Origin: Planctomycetota bacterium
GTDB taxonomy: Bacteria; Planctomycetota; UBA1135; UBA2386
Assembly (NCBI GenBank): GCA_965223545.1
Contig: OZ245006.1
Span: 5,088,001 to 5,152,000 of the forward strand
DNA length: 64,000 nt
Reading direction: 5' to 3'
Below the pieces are notes generated by a model that had not been told where the DNA came from, ran no database searches, and worked only from the letters and a program-made list of their open reading frames with translations. Below are positions 29,880 through 39,646 of this stretch, one piece after another (within the stretch, counting starts at the first letter, position 1; every line of letters begins with the position of its first letter). Position numbers and translations under genes: made by a program.

Positions 29880-31763
29880 CTAGCGCAGACCGCCCAGGAC
29901 TTGGGGCGGGCTGGCCCCCGCGCGCAGGGCGGTGGCTGCCGTGCGCGCGCGCGCGGCGTAGCGCCGCGGCTGCAGGTCGCGGCCGATCGTCCGATAGGCG
30001 CCCGCAACGACCTCTTCGAGCGGGTCGGTGTCGCGTGCGGCGACTGCGTCGAAGGCAGCGGCCGCCGCCGGCACCCGATTCTGGCGCAGCAGCTCGATGC
30101 CGAGCAGCATCCGGGCCCTCGCGTAGTGCACCGGCAGGATCAGCAACTGGGGATCCTGCCGGCCGGTGTCCAGGGCGGGAATCGGGCGTCTGCGCCAGAA
30201 CTCTTGGCCGGCATCGGCGACCGCATGACGGTCGAAGGGCATCAGCACGATGCGGTTCAGCAGGCCCTCGGGCACCAGGTCGGCCCGGCGCAAGTGGTCG
30301 GGCTGCAGCAAGCGGTCGAGGTGGGCGTCTCCGGGGCTGCTCAGGTAGACCGGGTCCCCGGCCTCGAGCTGGCGCTGCACCAGGCGCTGCAACCACACCC
30401 AGGGCTCGACGCGGGGGTCGAGCGCGGGGAGGTCGAAGCGCGGGGCGCGCGCGCGCACCTCGTCGATGTGCCAGGGCAAGAGCATCGTGGGGGTGAGGAC
30501 CGCGACGTCGGGGCGAAGCCCGTTCACCGCCTGCAGGTAGGACGTCGTCGCCCGGCCGGTGTCGGATTGCAGGAGGATCAAGGCGTTGGGGGCGGCGCCG
30601 GCCAGCAGGTCGCGGCCGTAGCGCTCCGCCGCGTCGACGCCGGACAGGTCCATGACCCGGTAGGTCCACAGCACCGGCAGCAGGGCCAGGGCCGGGAACG
30701 CCCAGCGCGAGGTGACCGACCACCGGGTGCCGACGAGGTCCCAACCGAACGCGGCGAGCGCTGCGAGGCCGAGCAGCGCGGGCTGAAAGAAGCCGTCGTC
30801 GTCGAGGATGTGGTAGGTGCTGGTGAAGGCGAAGTTGATGGCGATGGTCAGCACCGCGCCGCGCAGCAGCCACCGATGACTCGGCGCGCAGCGGCGGATG
30901 CCGAGGATGCCGACAGCGGCGGCCAGTGCGCTGACGCCGAGCTGCGCCGGCATGCGTGCCAGGGCGTGTCCCAGCCGCTCGAGCGACAGCGGATCGGTCA
31001 AGCCGTGCACGTGGCGCTGATAGGGGGCCGCGGTGATCACCTGCCACAGCTGCTCCCAGCTGTCGGGATCCCCCATGTTGAGGGGCGGGTCGCGCAGCGC
31101 GGCCAGCGGCAGATAGAGGAACACCGAGCCGCTGGCCGCGACCGCCAAGAGCGCGCGTCCCCAGCCGCCGGCAGGAGCTCCCGCGGCGCGCCACTGCCGC
31201 TCCAACCACAACGCGAGCAGCAGCAGATAGAGGGCGTTGACCGGGCGGTGGCCGCAGCACAAACCGGCCAGCACGCCGGTCAGCACCCACGCCCCGCCGG
31301 ACCACCCGGGCGGCGGACGCTGGCCCAGCCGCAACACGGCGCAGACGCTGGCAGCCAGCAGCAGGCCGTCGAGCGCGTAGACCTCGACGCTGACGGCTTG
31401 GTACCAGAACTGCCGCGCGACCGCGACGCCGACGGCGGCCGCGGCGCTCGCCGGCCGAGAGCGCCCCAGCTGCCGGCAGATCAGGAAGATCAGTGCGACC
31501 GTCGTCGCCGATACCCCAGCCGACAGGGCGTTGCAAACCAGGGCAGGCTCCAGGAACGGCAGCAGGTGAACCGCGGCTCCGTACAGGAGGGTGAACAGCG
31601 GATAGCCGGGCGGATGGGCCACGCCGAAACAGTGGGCCACCGCCGCCAGCTCGCCGGCGTCGCCGATGTAGATCGTCGGGCAGAGGGTGAGCGCGTAGAG
31701 CGCCAGCGCGGCGATGCCCAGAGCCGCCGCGACCTGCCGGTCGGTGTGCGGCCTGTCGGGCAC
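29880..31763 (-). CDS. DUF2723/TMEM260-like polytopic GT-C-fold membrane protein
   Basis: LY..TL.PT...GD.GEL, GVAHPPGYPL, W.QA..VEVY.L, YLPL.A..DPPLN.GDP; many TM segments. Confidence 0.85.
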   Translation of the reverse strand: MPDRPHTDRQVAAALGIAALALYALTLCPTIYIGDAGELAAVAHCFGVAHPPGYPLFTLLYGAAVHLLPFLEPALVCNALSAGVSATTVALIFLICRQLGRSRPASAAAAVGVAVARQFWYQAVSVEVYALDGLLLAASVCAVLRLGQRPPPGWSGGAWVLTGVLAGLCCGHRPVNALYLLLLALWLERQWRAAGAPAGGWGRALLAVAASGSVFLYLPLAALRDPPLNMGDPDSWEQLWQVITAAPYQRHVHGLTDPLSLERLGHALARMPAQLGVSALAAAVGILGIRRCAPSHRWLLRGAVLTIAINFAFTSTYHILDDDGFFQPALLGLAALAAFGWDLVGTRWSVTSRWAFPALALLPVLWTYRVMDLSGVDAAERYGRDLLAGAAPNALILLQSDTGRATTSYLQAVNGLRPDVAVLTPTMLLPWHIDEVRARAPRFDLPALDPRVEPWVWLQRLVQRQLEAGDPVYLSSPGDAHLDRLLQPDHLRRADLVPEGLLNRIVLMPFDRHAVADAGQEFWRRRPIPALDTGRQDPQLLILPVHYARARMLLGIELLRQNRVPAAAAAFDAVAARDTDPLEEVVAGAYRTIGRDLQPRRYAARARTAATALRAGASPPQVLGGLR

Positions 31764-31764
31764 G

Positions 31765-32664
31765 TCAGCTCCGCGCCAACGTGAGCACCTCGGCGCCGCC
31801 TTCGCCGATGAAGATGGTGTGCTCGGTCTGCGCGACGCGCACGCCGTCGTGCTCGACCAGCGGCGGGTACTCGATCAGCAGCTTCTGCTTCTTCAGCAGG
31901 GCGAGACTCTGCTCGACGCGGGCGGGATCGGGCAGGTGCCGCAGCAGCGTGCGGCGGGCGAAGGGCAGCCCGGCGCAAGCGTCGAGCGCGGCCTGGATGT
32001 CGTCCGGCAGGCGGTCGCGGGCTTTCGGCTTGCGCCGCAAGCCGAACACCTCGGCCTTGCCCTTGGCGTCGATGTAGCCCTTGCCGTCGCAGGCGAACGG
32101 TTCGCAGGCGATGGTCTGGTTGGCCTTCAATCGGCCGGCGCCGGTGTCCGGGTAGTTGGGAATGCTGGGCGCGCAGTGGATCACGAAGCGCGCGACGCCG
32201 TGCCCGGTCAGGTTGTAGACGGGGTTGAAGCCGAACTGCTTGATCGTGGCTTCGATCTGCCGGCCGATCTCGGTGATCGACACGCCCGGGCCCATGACGC
32301 TGATCGCTGCCTCCAGCGCCATCTCGCTCGCCGAGACGAGCGCGGAGCCGGGCGCACCGACGTCCACCGTGGTGGCGTTGTCGGTGACGTAGCCGTCGAC
32401 GTGCGTGCCGAGGTCGAGCTTGATGATGTCGTTGGGCTGGACCGTCGTCGGATCGCCGGGCGGCGAGCAGTAGTGCGCGGCGATGTTGTTGCGCGAGAGC
32501 TGCGCGGGGAACGCCGGCTCGCCGCCCTCTTCGCGGATGATCTCCTCTGCACGGTTGGCGATGTCCTCCAGCCGCGCCCCGGGCCGGATCATTTGCTTGC
32601 AGGTCTCGCGTGCCAGCGCCGAGATCCGGCCGGACTCCCGCAACTTGTCGAGATCGGGTTTCAC
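31765..32664 (-). CDS. map: Methionine aminopeptidase, type II (archaeal-like)
   Basis: AAHY, KLDLGTHVDGYVTD, NLTGH, IH...SIPN, EPFA, helical insert with LPFARR, YPPLVE...VAQTEHT. Confidence 0.88.
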   Translation of the reverse strand: MKPDLDKLRESGRISALARETCKQMIRPGARLEDIANRAEEIIREEGGEPAFPAQLSRNNIAAHYCSPPGDPTTVQPNDIIKLDLGTHVDGYVTDNATTVDVGAPGSALVSASEMALEAAISVMGPGVSITEIGRQIEATIKQFGFNPVYNLTGHGVARFVIHCAPSIPNYPDTGAGRLKANQTIACEPFACDGKGYIDAKGKAEVFGLRRKPKARDRLPDDIQAALDACAGLPFARRTLLRHLPDPARVEQSLALLKKQKLLIEYPPLVEHDGVRVAQTEHTIFIGEGGAEVLTLARS

Positions 32665-32680
32665 CGCGTTCTTGGCCCCG

Positions 32681-33868
32681 CTACTGCAGCACGCCGAGCT
32701 CGCGCCCCACGGTGACGAACGCCGCGGCGGCGCGGTCGAGCTGCTCGACCTCGTGCGCGGCGCTGACCTGCACGCGGATGCGCGCCTGTCCCTTCGGCAC
32801 CACCGGGAACGAAAAGCCGATGACGTAGATGCCGTGCTCGAGCAGCTTGGCCGCCATCTGATTGGCCAGCACGGCGTCGCCCAGCATGATCGGCACGATC
32901 GGGTGTTCGCCGGGGATGATCTCGAAGCCGGCTTCCGTCATCGATTTGCGGAAGTGGACGGTGTTCGCGGCGAGCTTGTCGCGCAGCTGGGTCGTCGAGG
33001 ACAGCCGGTCCAGGCAGGCGATCGTCGCGCCGACGATCGCGGGCGCGACCGTGTTGCTGAACAGATACGGCCGCGATCGCTGCCGCAGCAGCTCGACGAT
33101 CTCCTTGCGGCCCGAGGTGAAGCCGCCCGATGCGCCGCCCAAGGCCTTGCCCATCGTCGAGGTGATGACGTCGATGCGGTCCTGCACCCCGTGGTACTCC
33201 GGCGTGCCGCGTCCCGTCGGCCCGAAGAATCCGGTCGCGTGGCTGTCGTCGACCATCACCAGTGCGTCGTGCTTGTCCGCCAGATCACAGATCGCCGGCA
33301 GGTTGGCGATGTGTCCATCCATGCTGAACACGCCGTCGGTGCAGATGATGCGCGAGCGCGCGTCGGCCGCGTCCGTCAGACAGCGCTCGAGCTGCTGCAT
33401 GTCGTTGTTGGCGTAGCGAAACCGCTTGGCCTTCGACAACCGCACTCCGTCGATGATCGAAGCGTGGTTGAGCGCGTCCGAGATGATCGCGTCCTCCGCG
33501 CTGGTCAACGTCTCGAACAGGCCGCCGTTGGCGTCGAAGCACGACGTGTAGAGGATCGTGTCCTCCGTGCCCAGGAACGCCGACACCTTCTGCTCCAGCT
33601 CCTTGTGCAGATCCTGGGTGCCGCAGATGAAGCGCACACTGGAGAGGCCGAGCCCATAACGGTCCAGCGCATGTTGGGCGGCTTCCATCAGCGCCGGGTC
33701 GCTGGAGAGCCCGAGGTAGTTGTTGGCGCAGAAGCAGAGGACTTCGGCGCCACCGACCTGGATCACGGCCCCCTGCGGCCCCTCCAGCACCCGCTCGACC
33801 TTGTACAGGCCGCTGGAACGGATGTCGTCGAGCTCGGCGCGGATGCGGTCGCGGACAGTCGGATACAT
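32681..33868 (-). CDS. kbl: Glycine C-acetyltransferase (2-amino-3-ketobutyrate CoA ligase)
   Basis: [59 protein letters not shown]. Confidence 0.96.
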   Translation of the reverse strand: MYPTVRDRIRAELDDIRSSGLYKVERVLEGPQGAVIQVGGAEVLCFCANNYLGLSSDPALMEAAQHALDRYGLGLSSVRFICGTQDLHKELEQKVSAFLGTEDTILYTSCFDANGGLFETLTSAEDAIISDALNHASIIDGVRLSKAKRFRYANNDMQQLERCLTDAADARSRIICTDGVFSMDGHIANLPAICDLADKHDALVMVDDSHATGFFGPTGRGTPEYHGVQDRIDVITSTMGKALGGASGGFTSGRKEIVELLRQRSRPYLFSNTVAPAIVGATIACLDRLSSTTQLRDKLAANTVHFRKSMTEAGFEIIPGEHPIVPIMLGDAVLANQMAAKLLEHGIYVIGFSFPVVPKGQARIRVQVSAAHEVEQLDRAAAAFVTVGRELGVLQ

Positions 33869-34050
33869 GGATGGGCTCCTCTGGGCGGGGCTACACGGTA
33901 GGAATCCACAGCGGAGGGGCAAGTAGAAGCAGCCCTCGGTGGCCTGGCCGCTCTCGCCCCTTGGTACGGGGTCTAAAGCACCGCCGCCGGCCCAGCCGAA
34001 GGCAGGGATGGAGCGGTCCGCTTTGGTGGCGGGGCTCCTTGGATTCTCGA

Positions 34051-34476
34051 TTGACGTCTCTCCGCAGTGTCATCCTGGCCGGGCTGCTGCTCGTGGTGCT
34101 GTCGGCGTGCGCCGGGCTGCCCCCGGTGCCCGAATACGCCCCCCGGCTGGTGCGCAGCCTGCAGACCTTCGAGCTGTGGGTCGACGGACGCCAGGTCGGC
34201 GCGGTGACCCAGCTGCAGATCGAGGATCCCTCGGCGCCGCCGCCGTTCTTCCAGGTGACCAATACGCACGGCCAATGGCTGGGTCACGTCGACCACCAGG
34301 GGCGGGTCTACCAGCGCGTGCCGTTCTCGTTCGACGACGTCTTCCGCGGCGTGCACCCACTGACCGAGGGCATCGGCCTGCTGGTCGGGGCCCGCGGGCC
34401 GGTCGCCATCCGGACTCCTCGGGATGCCGGCGTCGCGCCGCGCGAGGCCGCGCTGCGGGTTTCTCTGACCCCCTGA
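34051..34476 (+). CDS. Putative lipoprotein, unknown function
   Basis: Hydrophobic stretch ending VLSA-C lipobox; beta-rich body. TTG start assumed. Confidence 0.6.
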   Translation: MTSLRSVILAGLLLVVLSACAGLPPVPEYAPRLVRSLQTFELWVDGRQVGAVTQLQIEDPSAPPPFFQVTNTHGQWLGHVDHQGRVYQRVPFSFDDVFRGVHPLTEGIGLLVGARGPVAIRTPRDAGVAPREAALRVSLTP

Positions 34477-34517
34477 TCGCGCCCCGGATCGCGCCGCGGA
34501 TCGGCTAGCCTGCGTCG

Positions 34518-34991
34518 ATGAGCCAAGCCAGCCGGCCGGTTTCCGCCTCCCGCGTGGAGATGACCGAGATCGTGATGCCCAACGACACCAATCCGCTCGG
34601 CAATGTCATGGGGGGGCGGGTGATGCACTGGGTCGACGTCTGCGCTGCGGTGGCCGCCGGCCGCCACGCGCGGACGCCGGTCGTGACTGCCAGCGTCGAT
34701 CAGCTGGACTTCCACCGGCCGGTTCCGGTTGGCGGCATTCTGGTGCTGCTCGCGTCGGTCAACTACGCCGGCCGGACCTCGATGGAGGTCGGCGTCAAGG
34801 TCCTCCGCGAGGACCGCGCCAGCGGCAACCGGGACCACGTCGTCTCGGCCTACCTCACCTTCGTATCGCTCGATCCGGACACCTGCGCGCCGCGCGAAGT
34901 GCCGCGGTTGGAGCTGGAAACGGCGGAAGACGAGCGCCGCCACCGCCAGGCGGCGGCGCGGCGCGCCGCGCGCCGCGCCGCCCAGGCCTGA
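34518..34991 (+). CDS. Acyl-CoA thioesterase (HotDog fold, YciA-like)
   Basis: PNDTNPLGNVMGG, VVTASVD..DF..PV, GRTSMEVGV, AYLTFV. Confidence 0.92.
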   Translation: MSQASRPVSASRVEMTEIVMPNDTNPLGNVMGGRVMHWVDVCAAVAAGRHARTPVVTASVDQLDFHRPVPVGGILVLLASVNYAGRTSMEVGVKVLREDRASGNRDHVVSAYLTFVSLDPDTCAPREVPRLELETAEDERRHRQAAARRAARRAAQA

Positions 34992-35167
34992 CGCACGAGG
35001 GGCGCAACTCGCGGGCGGGCTGCGGTTTGGCCAGCCCCTGGCCCAAGCGGCGGGCGCGGCGTTGCGCAGCGGCCGGTGATGCACCAAGATGCTGCGTCGG
35101 CCCGCACTTGCCTGGGTCGCCGCACTGCACTACAGCCACGCCAGTCTTGTCGAAAGCTTCGGCCACA

Positions 35168-35623
35168 ATGTTGGATGGGTTCTCTGAGAAGGCGGTCAAG
35201 GCCGTCGAGGAAGCCAAGGCGCTCGCCGAGCGGCTCGGCGACGAGTCGGTGGCGACGGGCCACCTGATCTACGGTCTGACGGTCGACCGTGGGGTCTGCC
35301 TGTTCCATATCTTCCAAGACCTCAACGTCGACCCGGACATGTTCTCCGAGTACGTCCAGAGCCTGCCGCGCGAGCCGGCCATGGACGGCGAAGAGCCGTT
35401 CAACCGCCACTGCCGCACCGTGTTCGAGCGGTCGCGCGAGTGCGCCGACGAATTGTCTTCCAAGCAAGTGCTGCCCGAGCACGTCGCCGTCGCCCTGATG
35501 TCGGTCAAGGCCGGGTCGTGCTACGAGACGCTGAAGGAGTTCAGCATCGACCCGGCGTACGTGCGCATGCTCATCATGGAGAGCATGGGGCTCGAGACCG
35601 AGGCCGCCCCCGACTGGTTCTGA
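35168..35623 (+). CDS. Stand-alone Clp N-terminal repeat domain protein
   Basis: FSEKA...A...A..LG...V.TGHLIYGL and a second repeat FN......A..L....V.PEHV..AL; 151 aa with no AAA+ module. Confidence 0.78.
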   Translation: MLDGFSEKAVKAVEEAKALAERLGDESVATGHLIYGLTVDRGVCLFHIFQDLNVDPDMFSEYVQSLPREPAMDGEEPFNRHCRTVFERSRECADELSSKQVLPEHVAVALMSVKAGSCYETLKEFSIDPAYVRMLIMESMGLETEAAPDWF

Positions 35624-35639
35624 TTCGGCTCGCGGCGCG

Positions 35640-37229
35640 TCAGCGCCGCACCAGCCGTTGCTCGAACAGCTGGAACAGCGTGCCGGTGGTCCAGAACAGC
35701 ATGCACCCGGCGGGGAACGGGTAGAACAGGATCGTCAGGGCGATCGGCATGAAGAACAGTGCGGCGCCGCCGCCGCCCTCGTCGCCGGCGGTCATCGAGC
35801 GCGCGGTCCACAGCTGGGCGGCGAGCATGATGATCGGCAGCAAGTTCACGTAGCTCCCCAACCACGGCAAGGTGAACCCCAGCGGCAGCAGCCGGTCGGT
35901 CAGCGTGAGATCGTCGATCCACAGGAACGACTCGCCGAGGAGGTCGTACGACGTCAACAGCAGGTTGAACAGGGCGATCAGCACCGGCAGCTGCACGAGC
36001 AGCGGAGCGCAGCCCTTGAAGTGGCTGAACGGGCTGACACCGTGCTGCTTGTAGAGCTTGAGAATCGCCTCGTCGCGCGCCTCGGAGTTCTTCTTGTGCT
36101 TCTCCTTGAGCGCGGCGACGAGCGGCTTGAGCTCCGCCATCTTGTCCTTCATCAGCAGCTGCTGGCGCTGGCCGTAGATCGACAGCGGGAGGGTGACGAT
36201 GCGGAACAGGATGGCGAACACGACGATGGCGAGACCCCAGCTGCCGAGCAGTCCGTGCAGCCAGGCGAGGATGCTCTGCAGTGCCAGGCACACGGCGGCG
36301 AGCCAGTCCCACAAGTGGTGGAACAGGACCGGCTCGAGGCTCGGGTCTTCGGCCAGGAGCTGGGCGCGGTCTTTGGGGCCCGCGTAGACGGTGTACTCGG
36401 CGACGTCTTCCGCTCCGGCTGCCAGCGTCACGCCGGGCCGGATCAGGGTCACGCTCGGGTAGTTCTCAAAGTCCTCGGCGGCGATCAGGTTGGCCACCCC
36501 GTCGGCCGGGTCTCGCCCGATCCGCGCCTGCTCGAACGGTTGTGACGCGGCGTCGCGGACCGCGACGAAGAAGAACTGGCTGTGCAGGCCGCCGCCGGCA
36601 AGGCCGGTGCCCTCCTCCGGATACGTGCTCTCGAACGGTTCCTCGCTGGCGACGCCGGCGCCGTAGATGCTGCCGTCGCGGAAGAAGAACGGCAGCATGT
36701 CGGTGACCCGTCCTTCCTCGTACAGCTCAGGCCGGCGTCCGACCGAGTAGCCGAGCCCGGGGCCGACCGTGATGCCGGGCGTCAGTGCGATCGGCGCAGT
36801 CCCGCGATTGCGCAGCGTCACGGTCATCGCCAGCGTCGACCGGTCGCCGTCGACCTGATAGCGGACCTCGACTTCCAGGCCGTCGGCGCGCTGCGGTGCG
36901 GTGAAGACGACGGTGGTGTCGCCATCGCGCCGCGCGGTATAGGTCGGCGGTTGCGCGTCGCCGTCGAGACGCAGGGACAGCATCGGCCAAGTCGCCGCTG
37001 CCGCGACTTCGGGATCGATCAGTGCGTGTTCGGCCGGCCCACCGGCCCGCGCGCCGGCAGGGTCGGCGATGGTCCAACCGACGATCCCGGCGCCACGCTC
37101 GGCGAAGTCGATCGAGAACGCTCCCGACTCGACGCGTGGACCGTTCGGTGCGGATTGGGCGCGGGGTTGTGCCTGCGCGAGGCCGCACGCAGCGATGACC
37201 AGAACTGAGGACAGCAGGCGAGCTGACAT
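35640..37229 (-). CDS. yidC: Membrane protein insertase YidC
   Basis: Periplasmic domain ending YAGPK, then WGLAIV..I..R...LPL, GC.PLLVQLPV, FLWI.DL. Confidence 0.88.
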   Translation of the reverse strand: MSARLLSSVLVIAACGLAQAQPRAQSAPNGPRVESGAFSIDFAERGAGIVGWTIADPAGARAGGPAEHALIDPEVAAAATWPMLSLRLDGDAQPPTYTARRDGDTTVVFTAPQRADGLEVEVRYQVDGDRSTLAMTVTLRNRGTAPIALTPGITVGPGLGYSVGRRPELYEEGRVTDMLPFFFRDGSIYGAGVASEEPFESTYPEEGTGLAGGGLHSQFFFVAVRDAASQPFEQARIGRDPADGVANLIAAEDFENYPSVTLIRPGVTLAAGAEDVAEYTVYAGPKDRAQLLAEDPSLEPVLFHHLWDWLAAVCLALQSILAWLHGLLGSWGLAIVVFAILFRIVTLPLSIYGQRQQLLMKDKMAELKPLVAALKEKHKKNSEARDEAILKLYKQHGVSPFSHFKGCAPLLVQLPVLIALFNLLLTSYDLLGESFLWIDDLTLTDRLLPLGFTLPWLGSYVNLLPIIMLAAQLWTARSMTAGDEGGGGAALFFMPIALTILFYPFPAGCMLFWTTGTLFQLFEQRLVRR

Positions 37230-37315
37230 GGGCCGGGAGATTACTCGCCGACTCCGAGCGTGTGGCAGGATTCGACCAGAACCCGAGCCTCGCCGCTCCG
37301 GTCTCGGGCAGCGAC

Positions 37316-39070
37316 TCAGCCGTGGTCGCGGCGCTGCTTCTCGATCTCGGTCATCCGGGCGCGCAGTGCATCCGGCGTGCTCTCCGTCGCGATGCTGGTC
37401 TTGCCGACGCTGAGGTACGCGGTGGCGACGTCGGTCTGCGGGTAGCCACCCCGCTCGATCAAGATCGGGTCGTCCTTCGGGTCGAGCATCTGCACGATCC
37501 TCGAGGGAACGTAGCCCGAGAGCGCAGCTTGTCGCAGGGCGTCGGTGGCATCGCTGGCACGGTTGCCGACCACGGTGACGATCAGCGGCGCGTAGAAGAT
37601 CAAGTCGATGGCGCGGCCGTAGCCGGCGACGTAGTAGCCGTATTCCTTGTAGTCGCTGGTGAACGCCTCGAGCGTGCGCAGTGCCTCGTCGTAGAACTCT
37701 CCACGGCGCGACAAGTAGGACAGCCGGACCAAGGCCTCGGCCATCACCGAGTTCTCCAAGATGCTGCGGTTGCGGCGCTGCATCGAGCCGCGGTAGGCGG
37801 GCTCGCGGCGGATGTCGTAGAAGCCTCCGCCCGGCGCGCGCTGGCGCTGGATCACGTTCTCGGCGATCTGTTCCGCCGGTAGCAGTAGGTCGGCGTCGCC
37901 GGTCAGCTGCGATGCGTCGATCAGCGCGCGGATCACGTGTGCCTGATCGGACAGCATGCCCGGCAGGTGGTAGGTGCCGTCCCAGTAGTGGTACACCTCG
38001 CCGTCGCGGTCGATGAGATTGCGCTGCAGGAACTCGAGCGCCTGCATCGCGTAACGGCGCAGCTCGGCACGCTCGAGAACCACCGAGGCCTTGAGCAGGT
38101 TGGACACCGCCATCGCGTTGGCGTGCGCGTAGATCGTTCGGTCGACGCTCGGCCGGTTGGCGTTTGCCCTCTCGCTCGCGGGCAAGGCGTAGTAGCCGGC
38201 ATCGGCGTCTTGGCTGCCGAAGAACGCGCCGGAGGCCTCGTCGCGCATGAACTCGATCATCCAGCGCACGGTGCCCTCGGCGACCTCGCGATAGCTGTCG
38301 TTGCCGAGCAGCTGGTGCGCCTCGAGGTAGCAGCGCATGCGCTGCACGTTGGCGTCGAGGACCTTCTCGTAGTTGGGCGTGCGCCAGTCCGGAGTCTTCG
38401 AGTAGCGGAAGAAGCCGCCGTCGATGTCGTCGTGGATCGCGCCCTCCATCATCCGGTCGAGGGTGACGGTGACCACCTGCCGCATGCGGTCGTCAGCGCG
38501 CTTGGCGATCTGCACCAGGGCGAAGTCGATGGCCTCGGGGTGCGGGAACTTCGAGCCCTCGCCCCAACCGCCGAAGCGATGATCGAAGCGCTCGTAGATC
38601 GCGTTGCAGACGTGGTCGACGATCTCCAGCGACAGCTCCCCCGTCGGCGCCGACTCGTGCGAGGCCTGCTTGTGCTGCCACATTTCGCGCACACCGGCGG
38701 CGATCTCGCCACCGTGCGCGGCGTAGTGATCCCGCACCTGCGCCAACAGCTCGGCGAGCGGGTCGGCGTCCATGTACAGCTCGTGCGCGATCAGATCGCC
38801 ATCCGGGGTGAGGAAGGCGACCGTCGGCCAGCCGCCGGCGCCGTAGCGCTCGTTGACATCAGGCCGTCGGTCGGCGTCCGCGTGCACCGCGACGAACGAG
38901 GACTGCACGAGGTCTGTGACCTTGGGGTGGGCGAACGTCGTGGTCAGCAGCTCCCGGCAGTGGGCGCACCACGAGACGGTGATCGCCAGCACGATCGGTC
39001 GGCCCTCGCGTTTGGCGATCTCGAGTGCGGTGGGGTCGAACTCCCGCCATTCCACGGTCGGTGTCGGCAT
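37316..39070 (-). CDS. YyaL/SSP411-like thioredoxin-domain protein (DUF255 plus alpha/alpha barrel)
   Basis: WCAHC, RPDV..RY..GGWPT..FLTPDG, KFP, GGFFRYS..W..P.YEK.L, F..SQDAD. Confidence 0.88.
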   Translation of the reverse strand: MPTPTVEWREFDPTALEIAKREGRPIVLAITVSWCAHCRELLTTTFAHPKVTDLVQSSFVAVHADADRRPDVNERYGAGGWPTVAFLTPDGDLIAHELYMDADPLAELLAQVRDHYAAHGGEIAAGVREMWQHKQASHESAPTGELSLEIVDHVCNAIYERFDHRFGGWGEGSKFPHPEAIDFALVQIAKRADDRMRQVVTVTLDRMMEGAIHDDIDGGFFRYSKTPDWRTPNYEKVLDANVQRMRCYLEAHQLLGNDSYREVAEGTVRWMIEFMRDEASGAFFGSQDADAGYYALPASERANANRPSVDRTIYAHANAMAVSNLLKASVVLERAELRRYAMQALEFLQRNLIDRDGEVYHYWDGTYHLPGMLSDQAHVIRALIDASQLTGDADLLLPAEQIAENVIQRQRAPGGGFYDIRREPAYRGSMQRRNRSILENSVMAEALVRLSYLSRRGEFYDEALRTLEAFTSDYKEYGYYVAGYGRAIDLIFYAPLIVTVVGNRASDATDALRQAALSGYVPSRIVQMLDPKDDPILIERGGYPQTDVATAYLSVGKTSIATESTPDALRARMTEIEKQRRDHG

Positions 39071-39214
39071 TGATGTCCAGTGTTCACCGGTGCCGCGATC
39101 TGTCCAGACGCGGCGCTCCCGGCGGAGGGTGCGCTCCAGGTCACCATCGGCACGGCGGCGGGCTCCGCCTGAGAGGTCTCCCCGGTTGCGGTGGCGCGCA
39201 GGTTGGGTGATCCG

Positions 39215-39646
39215 TCAGGAGCGCACGCGGTCGGCACCGCCGTTGGCGTCCGGTTGGATCTCCCAGCCGAGGTCGGGAGCGGCGCCACCCCGGGGTTCCG
39301 CCGGCGTGAACTCGAGGCGTGGAACATCCGCCCACAGCCCCTCGAGGTCGTAGAAGGAGCGGGCTTCGGCCTGGAACATGTGGACCACGACGTCGTCGAA
39401 GTCGAGCAGGACCCAGGAGCCCTCGCCGTCCATGCCTGCGTTGTTCCGACAGAAGCGACCGTGCCGCTTCATGTTGCGCAGGACTTCGCCGGCGATTGCC
39501 CGGGCGTGACGGGCGTTGCGGGCGCTGGCGATGACGAAGTGGTCGGCGATGACCAGTGGACCGGAGACGTCGAGGATCTCGATGTCCTCCCCTTGCTTGT
39601 CGACGATGATCTGGGCGATCTCGCGCGCCAGTTCCTTGGATTCGAT
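39215..39646 (-). CDS. rsfS: Ribosome silencing factor RsfS (probable ATC start; alternative ATG at 39718)
   Basis: DKQGEDI.ILDV....IADHFVIAS, WVLLDFDDVVVHMF..EARSFYDLEGLWAD. Confidence 0.92.
   Translation of the reverse strand: MESKELAREIAQIIVDKQGEDIEILDVSGPLVIADHFVIASARNARHARAIAGEVLRNMKRHGRFCRNNAGMDGEGSWVLLDFDDVVVHMFQAEARSFYDLEGLWADVPRLEFTPAEPRGGAAPDLGWEIQPDANGGADRVRS

Noticed and set aside
13052..30306. Diversity-generating retroelement (TR/VR) explanation for the pilX duplication or the 114-bp DUF2723 repeat
   Set aside because: Mismatches are not adenine-specific and many are silent or conservative. No reverse transcriptase is present in the window.
33870..34050. Glycine riboswitch upstream of kbl (GCCGAAGG present) or a tmRNA-like 5' end
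   Set aside because: GCCGAAGG is on the strand opposite kbl and the GGAGA and CTCAGG elements are missing. No tmRNA 3' end or tag reading frame was seen.
34476..34505. Short tandem GATCGCGCCNCG units
   Set aside because: Only about 2.5 units with no spacers; not a CRISPR array or a convincing contingency repeat.
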